A DNA stretch of 59,320 nucleotides, filler included, from Sphacelaria rigidula (Eukaryota), in NCBI GenBank assembly GCA_964200075.2. It is 5 parts of 5 records of this genome, joined end to end, with 100 filler letters (N's around TTAATTAATTAA, not from the genome) between each part and the next. Parts side by side here need not be neighbours in the genome. Positions count along the whole stretch, not along the records: positions 47,537 to 59,320 come from CAXNAA020004509.1; 4 more parts are not named here. One strand, 5' to 3'. The notes under the pieces were generated by a model. The model saw only the letters and a list, made by a program, of their open reading frames with translations. It was not told the DNA's origin and did no database searches. The position numbers and the translations under genes are program-made. This document shows, in pieces, positions 49,796-59,320 of this stretch; position 1 is the stretch's first letter; every line of letters begins with the position of its first letter.

Positions 49796-50396
49796 TCCCC
49801 CGTACACATCCCTGGTATTCACGCAACATTTGTTTTGCCGTGCTCCCATCGGTATACAGATGGAAAATATGGCCTACAACACGACATGGTGAATTTTCAC
49901 ACCCTCCCAATATATATTTTTTTCTCCGGGCGGATTTTCCGAACATCTGGTCAGAGAGTAAACTCGGATATCGTCTTTTCTCCCGTATAGAGCGGAGACA
50001 AGCTTATTTCCGATCTCTTTTTTTAGGTGTAATGTAGGCTACAGAGCATGCTGAAGACCGACAATTTGGTGAAGAAACCAACGTCTTCCCTTTTGACCGA
50101 CAGCAAAATTACAGGGTGCCAAAATCGGCAACTTTGAAGCGAAAAAAACAACACAAAGAGAAACAAAGTGGATGAAAAAAAAAGTGTTTTTTTCGAAGAA
50201 AAACGGATGATTTCGGCGAGAATCGAACCCCCGCCCTGTTTCTTCATCGACAGGTTGACTTACTATGCATCTTGTCCGAACCGATCTTATATTTCCGAAC
50301 AGAGGGAGTATATATTCGAGTTTTTCTCGAGTACCAGTCTTCATTAGTACTTGAAAGAGCTAGCTTCGGTAGATTTAGAGGGAAACGTCGGCCGCG

Positions 50397-50830
50397 CTCA
50401 AACCGCAGTGCCCAAGTTGGTGTTATTGGGGTGATATGGACTAGATACCCCGTTTATCAGGAAGGTATTATTGACCGTTTTAGTCCAATGAAAACAGTTT
50501 CCGGCTTTTTTACAACGAAACGGTAAATGTTCGGAGGAACGAATATGTATACAATTCTTCAATATATCGATCGAGATCGTGTTTCCCCCCTATACTGCAC
50601 AGACCTCAGTCCAGCATTTTCCGTGGATGGCTTTTTTGCGGGGGGGTTTCGCGTACTATTCTCCATGAGCACTCGACAGTCCTAGCGTCGATATTTTTGG
50701 CAAAATAAGCAGATCGAGCTCAAATCACGGTGCCCAAGTTGGTGTTGTGGGGGCGATACGGAGGAAATAGCCCCTCTACCAGGAGGGTGTTATTGACCGC
50801 AAATGGTCCAAGAAACATGGTTTTCCGGCT
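50397..50830 (+). repeat. Imperfect ~110-bp direct repeat pair
   Basis: gtgcccaagttggtgtt...ttattgaccg...ttccggct at ~50397-50506 and ~50719-50830. Confidence 0.7.
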
Positions 50831-51769
50831 CTAGCACAGTGACTAGGTGGGGTTTGAAAGAAAAACATTGCTGAGTTTTCGTTCATGTGATAGGGATCGA
50901 GTCGGTCCACCGAAAATACCGAAAAGCCTGAACCTGGGGTTACACTCTCGCAGGACCCCCGAAGATCGGTCAAACCCGTAAGTCACTCAATATTCGTCGC
51001 ATATTTTGTTTTTTTCGATATTTCTCAAGAGGATTACAATATGTCCAGATCCCCATTTTTTGGCATCTAACATTCACCATGATTAGAGGTCGTAAGCGAA
51101 AATCTCCAATTACCCAAGAAATTACAAATTCCGCAGACTTCTGATGCTGACTACTTCACCTCGTACTGTATCACATGTATTGCAACAATTCGATGTTGGG
51201 CATCACGCGTTACGCGGGCGTACAGTCACGCAGGAAGGGAGGGTGGACGCACGTGAGATAGTCAATAATACGTTGAAAAACCATACTGTACTGTTGCGTG
51301 CGGGTTCTGGGTGATTGATAGCTGAAAAGGCGTCCCAAAGGCCACTGCCGCCCCCTTCTGCCATTCTGTCTGAGTGACGTACGCCAACGTTGGCAAAATA
51401 GTTGCGGCAACCGTGGGACCTGTGAAGGAACCTTTTTCGGCGCTCTCTAACCCCTAGGCTGCGAGCCTCGCCTCCGCACAGTTTCGCCGGCTCAAAGTCC
51501 AGGGACATCCAAGGGTTTCCGGCGGGCCGGGGGGCGGTGTTAACCCTTGGACAGTGAGTGTCGACTCGGAACAGTTTTACAGGCTGACAGTCCTGAGACA
51601 TCCGGGGGTCTCCAGTGCGCGGGCGGGGGTGGTTTTTGAGTAGGGGGTGGGTGGGTCTCTCCGCAAAGCACCAGAGAAGTTCACTAAGTCAATTTTGTGT
51701 GTTTGGAAGTTACCCGCGAACACATATAAGCCGTGCACGACGCCCGAAAAGCGTGGAATGACCATTCTT

Positions 51770-52148
51770 TAGTACTGTAATACTGTAGAAGCTACCTGCA
51801 ACACTCGACCACCAACTCGCGGTATATACTCACTGGGTGAACCCGTCGATCTTTGTTTGATCTGTGCTCTTTCCTTCAGTCCCACTACTACTTTTCTTCT
51901 TTGAAGCCTTGGCTTTATGTTCCTCTTCGTCGTCCACTGTCGGCGAGGCGTAGTGGGTAATAAGAATCGTGATGTTGCCCGACGGGGTGACACGTAGAGC
52001 CAAGCTTTCGGCTGCAAAGAAGAAAAGTAGCAGTAGAGCTGAAGGGAAAAGCGCACATCAAACAAAGATCGACGGGTTCACCCAGTCAGTATACTCCGCG
52101 AGTTGGTAGTCGAGTGTTGCGGGTAGCTTTTACAGTCCTACAGTACTA
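51770..52148. repeat. Hairpin made of inverted copies of hAT transposase sequence
   Basis: 51770-51991 is the reverse complement of ~52617-52840; 51998-52148 is a direct copy of ~52695-52840. Confidence 0.9.
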
Positions 52149-52165
52149 TACCACAATAATTCTAG

Positions 52166-55100
52166 TAGTGCTGGATATCGTACCGAAAGTTTCCATGTAT
52201 CGTATCGAAATATCGTTATCGTCATCGTATCGGAAATATTTCGATAAAACGATATCGTAACGATAACGATAACGATAACGATATGTTCGATACGATACGA
52301 CACGATACGATGAAAGCGGTGAAACGACACACCCCTACTGACCACGGGTTCGACAGATCGAGCTAATGTGACGGACAGCAGGAGCACAGAACGCAGAGCA
52401 CAGTGCTTTCATACTAGCTGACTTCGTATGGCTAACATGTTGGCGGAAGAGGTGGCCGACTCCCCAACCGTCGAAGATGTCGACTACGGCGAAGGGAAGG
52501 TCGACCTGAGCAAGCGCAGGCCCAAGCAGAAAGGGCGATCCTATGTGTGGACTGACGGGCTTTTTTTGTTGGATCCCAAGGGCCGTGCGGTTTGCACCAT
52601 ATGCTGCGAAGTGGTGGTCACCCCGTCAGGCAACACCACAAATCTTACCGCCCACTACGCCCCGCCGACAGTGGAGGATGAAGAGGAACAAAAAGCCAAG
52701 CTTTCGGCTGCAAAGAAGAAAAGTAGCAGCGGGACTGAAGAAGAGAGCACGCATCAAACAAAAATCGACGGGTTCACCCAGTGAGTATATGCCGCGAGTT
52801 GGTAGTCGAGTATTGCGGATAGCTTCTACAGTACTACAGTTTAGTGCGGCATTTAAAAAAAAAGGGGGGATAATGTCGTGAGACGTTGCAAGCGATGCTG
52901 GTAGCGACCAGCCCAGCTGCGACTACGGACATGGACGTCCACCTCAAGGGTGAGTAAAAGAGGGGAACATTCACGAACGACGCCGAGTTCGTCTCATTAC
53001 CCAGAGTTTCGACTGTTGAAATATCGGTGGGGTCCCGATTAATTCTTATGTATGAACGAAACAATCGATGCGACATACGGTCAAAACATTCGACATGTAG
53101 CGAGGATATGAAGAATTCATGGCGCAAGATGGTGCGGACTGCACATGCATACGACGCATTCGATTACAACAAAATGAATCTCTCATATCTGCGTGTTCTA
53201 TTCTTCTGCAATGTTACGCTCGATACATCAGGTGCCCTTCATCTCCCTGAGCCTGCACTGGATCGTTACATCAAACAGTGCATGGACTGCCCGGAACTGC
53301 ACGGTAGCCTGCGACGTTTTCATTGGATCCCATACGGGAGTGCGCATCGCCGCTAAGCTGATGAGCATGCCGAAGAAGCTGAATATCGACGAGAACGTTA
53401 CCTGCTTCACGGCCGAAACGGCTGCGAATCAGAGGAACGCTGTCGAGGTGCACATGCCCGACAGGATTGAATGGCTTGGATGTGGATGCCGCAAAGCGAG
53501 CTTACTGTCAACAAGGCCATCTCTACTCCCACTCTGAGGAAGACTCTCGCCGTCTTCTTTAAGCTTGCAGCGCACCTGCACAATTCTCCCCTTTTGCAGA
53601 GAGAGTTCGAAGACGCGCAGAAGGTTGGTTTGCGAGCTACTATTTCAAGTTAGCCAGTCGACAACTTCTCTGCTGCCTTCGCTTGCACCATGGATTTGTG
53701 ATGATTGGCTGATGCTGATGTCTTGAATTATTTGTGGACATACGTAACGTTTACTGTGCCGTCGCCCCCCCCCCCATACTGTCCGTTCCCTTTCCCACCA
53801 TTTCCCTACTGAAAGTCGATCCGCCGCAGAGGAGGTTCCCTAAAAAGAATCCAAGGAAGATCCCAACGGGCTGCATCACGCGCTGGTATCCGTGGTTCGG
53901 CATGATGTCTGCCACCCGGCAGCACAAAAGCAGTGTTGTGGCGATCACTAATGATTGCTTCAGCGTGGACATTGACATCACGGACAAGGACTGGAGTAAC
54001 GCGACCATCATGACGAGGATACTTCAGCCGTTCAAGGGCGCGGTCGAGGCTATGGAGGAGAACTACCTTGGCCTGGCGCAAGCCCCTTGCATCATGACCG
54101 TCTTGAACGCCCACATCGAGGCGGAGGCCACGGCGTTCGATGACGGTCCGTTCGCCGCTGCAGGTGACCGGATGCTCCTCGACCATCCTGACCGATGAGA
54201 CGAACTGCCCGACGTGATGAAGTTGGCGTCCGCTCTCAGTCCACGTACCAAAGGGCTCGAATGGATAGAGGAGACGGGAAAGAAGAAATGACGGGCGCTT
54301 CTTTTGGCCGACCTTAAGCTAATGTTCGCCAGGGACATCAGGGCCGAGGAAGCAGACCTGGGGGCAAAGTGTGACTGCGGGTCTGGTCGTGGTGGCTCGA
54401 GCGGTCATGGCTCGGGCTCGGGCGGCGGGTCCGGTGATACTGACTTGGGCGCAGCCCCGGCGAAGAATAAGCAGAAGAAGACGGGTTTTCTTTTGAGAGC
54501 CGCATCGACTGCGGAGGCCATGGGTTCAGGGGATGGGTCAGACGTCACTCGACACGAACAGAACTCAGGAAGAGCTAGTTCTGACCCTTCGAGGCTCTCA
54601 ATCACGGCAAGGATTCAGGCGGCCGAGGCCGAGCTTCGGCGCTTTGTTCTTCAAGAGGGGCTTTGCGATGACGACGGCTGCAAGTCAGATGACCATGACG
54701 TTGACACTCGGGTGCGCCGTCGAGAGGATGAGCCGCGCTGGTGGTGCCGGCATCAGCTTGTATTCCCGTCTCTGGCGAGGCTCGCAGTCAAGTACCTGGT
54801 GATACCTCCGTCGTTGGCTGCGTCTGAACGCATTTTCTCCATAGCCGGCAACATCGTCATTAAAAAGCGCCACGACTCGGAAATGATACAATCAATGCGC
54901 TTGTTTTCTTGTACGGTTCGCACGGGGTGGCTTGGGACAGCGGGATTTCGCAGCAAGCCCTCGGCCGGACCGAAAAATGATTTGAGTATTCGGTGGTTGT
55001 GCAGTCGTTTGTGGTTCTGGATTGCGGCGCTGTTGTGGTGGCGATCTGGCGTGTGCTACTGCTGCTGTTAGTGTCTTTTCGTAGCGTGTAACGCGATTTA

Positions 55101-55564
55101 TGACTCATGACGCATGACTCATGCTTCCCAGTAGAACATGGGATAGGGTAAAGCACAAAGGCCATTGAAGTTCATGTGTGCAGGTGGGGGTGCAAGAGAA
55201 GGGGCGAGCTAAATATACGGTGGTCGTTTCTAGTGTTGGTGTGTTTTGTACTGACAAGTGAGGCATTGTTCGGCATACTGCAGTTGCGGTGTGATGATTG
55301 GGTTTTGTCGAATCTGGGCACATGGGCTCGTAAGGCTGGGAGACCTTGATTAGGCTAATTTCGATGGGAAATGAAGCCATATATCTCAATGTTCTTACCT
55401 CCGGCGGCGCCTCCAGCGGGGGCCCCTCGCGTGCTGGGGGGGGCATTTGGGGCTCGCGCAGCGAGCGGACTCGCTGCGCTCGCCGCGGTCCATCAGTTGT
55501 CGTTATCGAACGCTATAAAAGTCGATATCGTATCGAAGTGCTAACGGTTCGATATCCTACACTA
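52166..55564 (+). mobile_element. Decayed full-length hAT DNA transposon
   Basis: TIRs TAGTGCTGGATATCGTACCG and (reverse complement) TAGTGTAGGATATCGAACCG, 17/20 identical; CGATA-rich subterminal repeats; no clear TSD. Confidence 0.9.
52428..54900 (+). pseudogene. hAT transposase pseudogene (BED finger, DDE core, hATC dimerisation domain), intron-containing
   Basis: SYVW...AVCTICC...NTTNLTAH; SHTG.RIA...TCFTAETAAN; ITRW; DW...ILQPF; WWCRHQLVFPSLARLAVKYLVIPPSLAASERIFSIAG; frameshifts and stops. Confidence 0.92.
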
Positions 55565-56862
55565 ATTTTGATTAATCACGGCCGTCAAAATGAGCACATT
55601 GTCATCCGTACAGGTGAACCATACGTGGACTAGTTTGCTACCCCCATAACTCATGTGGGTCATGACGAAGCAATCATGGATTACATGAAACAAGAGTATG
55701 TGTTTCGTCAAGTTTTCGTACTTCTTGAGTGCATACCAGCATCTGACATGAAACTAATGGCGCAACACGCGAGCCCCCAGCACAAGTATCCAGTGCACAT
55801 TGCGGTTGACGCCTACATTGCGGACCAGTTATTGGAAGTGTGCGTACACTTCCCACACCGCGCTCGAGAGTTCGATCACGACGCTGCAGCAGCTGACAGG
55901 GCGAGACGGTGCACACGCAATGGGCCACCACGGGGCTAGATGCTGGTGTGAAGGGCGACGCGCTCATAGAGGCGGCCGCGGTTCATGTTTGTCTATGTGG
56001 CCGCTACCAGGCGGACGTCATCGCGGCAGTCCACACGAGAGACGTGGTGACGAAGTGGGGTTCGACGTCTGCTAAGAAATACCGTGAGCAGGTGAGAAGA
56101 CTCTGCTGTATCTGTGGATGATGAGGTCGTGTGTGACCCGCCCAGCACGGGGTGTCGTCGCCATCGAACAAACTCGCGCTTAGAGGTTAGACCCGTGTTG
56201 GCACATGTCGGGGTAAACTATATATAGCACTCTACGGCTGCGTGACGGCGGTCTTACTGAGAGGTACCGCACTTGCTTTGCACAAAAGAGCTCTATCGCG
56301 TCAAACCGGCCGCATGTGCAGCAGATACGCACACTCTGAATATTTATGTATAAGATAAACATATATATATATATATATATATGGGAGTAGGGTTAGATTT
56401 TTTTTTGTACTATCTCTAAGTATCCTCTACAGTACAAGGGCCGCCACCGCTTGAAGCCGCGAAGGTAGGGAGCTGTGTCCTGCGGCCTATTTCACACTTA
56501 CTCGCGAGTGTGCGATGTCTGCGTCGATGACCTGTCGCTATTAGATGTTTTTCACGCAACACACTGCACACACGGGCGGCGCCTACGGTTACGCTCTAGC
56601 TACGGGCAGCTATTGGTACTCCATGATGTATGTGATCACACGACAGACTGTGTAGACCAAGAAAACATGCGGCACATTTTACAGCGACTGTTCGCATTGT
56701 GTGTGCAAGTGATTAGGTTGGACTGAACTGGGGCCAGTTATCGGCGAGTCGATACGATTAGAACACAATCCGGCCGTCACACGAACAGTCTAATATCAGT
56801 ACTGTTGATGAGGACATGCTTATGTGACAGGTGCTATTTGGAATCGGTCCGGGCGGTATCTG

Positions 56863-57544
56863 GCACAACGCCCATATATGGGAATAGATTTTCGCAGCGA
56901 ACAGTGAATTTCGACCAATCAGAGGCCCTTCAGTCGCGAATCGGCGGAATCTAACGCCAGTGAAATGCGGCCTTCGTAGTGAATTATGTACAACAAATGC
57001 TTGTGATTGGCTCGAACACTCGAGTCAGGCACAACGCCCACACATGGGGGTAGAGTTTTGCAGTGAACAGTAAATTTCAACCAATCAGAGACCCTTCAGT
57101 GAGAAATCGACGGAATCTAGCGCCAATGAAGTACGACCTCCGTGGTAAAATGTGTATAAAAAATGCTTGTGAGCGGCTCGCACACTCGAGTCACGCACAA
57201 CGCCCATGAATGGGGGTAGATTTTCGCAGTGAACAGTGAATCATTTCAACCAATCAGAGACCCTTCAGTGAGGAATCGGCGGAACCTAGCGCCAATGAAA
57301 TGCGACCTTCGTAGTGGACTATGTAGTGGAAAATGCTTGTGAGCGGCTCGCACACTCGAGTCATGCACATCGCCCATACATTGCCCATACATGGTAGATT
57401 TTTTGCAGTGAACAGTGAATAATTTCAACCAATCAGAGACCCTCCAGTGAGAAATCGGCGGAATCTAGCGCCAATGAAATGCGACCTTCGTAGTGGATTA
57501 TGTAGTGGGAAAATGCTTGTGAATGACTCGCACACTTGAGTCAC
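56863..57544 (+). repeat. Tandem array, four units of 166-180 bp
   Basis: Units start at 56863, 57029, 57195, 57365; conserved gaacagt.aa...ccaatcagag.ccct...ggaa.cta.cgcca.tgaa...aatgcttgtga. Confidence 0.93.
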
Positions 57545-58163
57545 CTAACAGTGATAGCTACAGCACATATGAGAGCGGACGTTAATGTGTTTGTACTGCA
57601 GTATAGTGAAACAGGACATGTCCGATGTTTTAGGTCTTCACCTCATTTTACGCAGTTCCTCAGTGTCGGATGCCGATCTTGAACGCTCAGCCATAATCGC
57701 GCTTTGCGGAAATATTTTTATTCATTGCACAATCATCCCCACGTATGGGTCCTGTGCCCGGTATCTATAAGAGGCTATTCACGTCGAGATCTGATGTTTT
57801 GCTGCTGGTACACACCATCAGCCTTCGCATACTCTGGCGCCAACTGCCGACGGGCAGGAATCCGTAAACCATACCCGATTGGTTCCCCTTCACCTTTCCA
57901 TACATGAGGCTAATTTCCCAGTGTAGACGAGCGCCTATTCCGTGGCAACATGAAGGGTGAACGCCGTTCCTTAGCGACGTTCCTGACGCAGTCAGTGCGT
58001 GTCGTATATATTTTTGTTGCTCGAGAAAGTGCGGTGGATGAAAACAAATGTCATCGCATATGTCCACCGCATTCCTGCTCCTAGTTGGCATCAACGATTT
58101 TTCATCATCACGGCGTGCCTTACAGGCTGGTTCACGGTGATCACCGAAAAAACACTCATCGGC

Positions 58164-58740
58164 AAAACCTCACGCCGTTTGAAGGGATTAGACCCTGAAA
58201 TTTTGCACAAATGTTCTATGGGTAATTACGCAACTTTCGATGACGAAGGCTTATTTACTTTTTTCACCGTTTTTCGGGGGTCCCAGTTTTGGGGGGAAAC
58301 CTCGACCCAATCGGACCCCCGTAAAACGATAACAAAAAAGAAAAAAACTTGTCCATCCAAAGTTGCGTAATGTCCCAAAGCATAGTTGTGCAAAATTTCA
58401 GGGTATAAGTCCTTACAACGGCGTGAGGTTTTTTACCTTTGTGCGATGAAGTTTGCCGTGCCGCGGTGAAACCGCAGAGTACTTGATTTTAGAACCAAAA
58501 CGGCATTTTTGGGCCTTGTTTGACGTGAACATGGAAATTCAAGCATCCGTTGCTCGAGTTTTGCGAGAAGATTATAAAAAATATCGTAGTGCCGTTTTTC
58601 TGGGGTCCCAAAATGGAGACCACTTCGAAAAACGGTGAAAAACTCGAGTACAAAATACATCGTCCGTACAAAGTTGCGTAATGGTACATAGCATGTTTAT
58701 GCGAAGTTTCAGGATCTAACTCCTAATGACAGCGTGAACG
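58164..58740. repeat. Foldback repeat (58164-58432) plus a third arm (58595-58740)
   Basis: aaaacctcacgccgtt...ccctgaaattttgcacaa...ttacgcaacttt is the inverse of aaagttgcgtaa...ttgtgcaaaatttcaggg...aacggcgtgaggtttt; the right arm repeats further on. Confidence 0.8.
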
Positions 58741-59320
58741 TTTGCGCGTTTGTGGAGGACGTGGGCTTGAAACGTTCAACTCCTAACTACTTGGTTTTAG
58801 TACAAAAACATCTTCTGGGGTGAACTTGACGTCAAGGCAAGAAAAACTGTATGAGGTTTTCGAGCTTCTCCACGAAACTTTGTACACGTGTTCCTTGGAC
58901 TCTCCCAGGACGCATCATTTCATGATTTCTCTTTTAGCGCATTGTGTACCGCCTTCCGGGGGTCTTCATGCTGGGACACCCGGAAGCCGGTAGAGACCGG
59001 AGAAAACATTACATATTATCAAGAATACAATTTTTCCATTTCGAGCATCAATACCTACGGAACTGCCGAGTTTGAGGGCGATCTGACCTTTTCTACAACA
59101 GATATGAGGAACACTGTCACGAGGCTCCCTGGGTCTTTCGTGGGTACCGTAAGTGGAAATTAGACGGCGCCGACACCCGACATCACCAAAACATCACGGT
59201 TTCCTGTATAATTAGACCCTCGTAATAACCGTTTTGAAAATATGATTTTCTCGTTAGAATCCCGTGTCGATGACGGTTACTACGATTTGAAGCATGTAGA
59301 GATTGGGTGAAAATTGGGCT

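Noticed and set aside
52158-55572. 8-bp TSD for the large hAT
   Set aside because: The flanks aattctag and attttgat do not match convincingly.
56863-57544. CRISPR-like array
   Set aside because: Whole units are homologous with no unique spacers, the context is eukaryotic, and there are no cas genes.

Overview
Eukaryotic nuclear DNA, most likely a brown alga (Phaeophyceae). This is inferred from roughly balanced GC, long TE-filled GT-AG introns, a bipartite plastid-targeting N-terminus and the TE repertoire. The window is not one locus: it is five segments of exactly 11,784 bp joined by four identical 100-bp linkers (N44-TTAATTAATTAA-N44), so adjacency across linkers means nothing. Shared repeat families suggest all segments come from one genome. 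Segment 1: a DHHC palmitoyltransferase exon, an orphan Pro/Ala-rich exon, LINE remnants, a CCC-ended TIR element and nested foldbacks. Segment 2: a nine-exon (5'-incomplete) TEY-type MAP kinase whose phase-compatible upstream exons encode a pleckstrin-homology (PH) domain. Segment 3: head-to-head first exons of an Ataxin-2-like gene and a plastid-targeted, probably SDR gene, then a Harbinger-type MITE and a decayed RTE LINE. Segment 4: a degenerate Ty3/Gypsy element whose integrase ends in a chromodomain followed by a PWWP/Tudor-like domain masked by a 4-nt slippage. Segment 5: a hAT deletion derivative, a decayed full-length hAT with an adjacent hairpin built from its own transposase sequence, and a ~166-bp tandem array. 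Top leads are the chromo+PWWP integrase tail, the PH-MAPK fusion and the hAT-derived hairpin. All domain calls are by-eye motif recognition and need HMM or structure confirmation.
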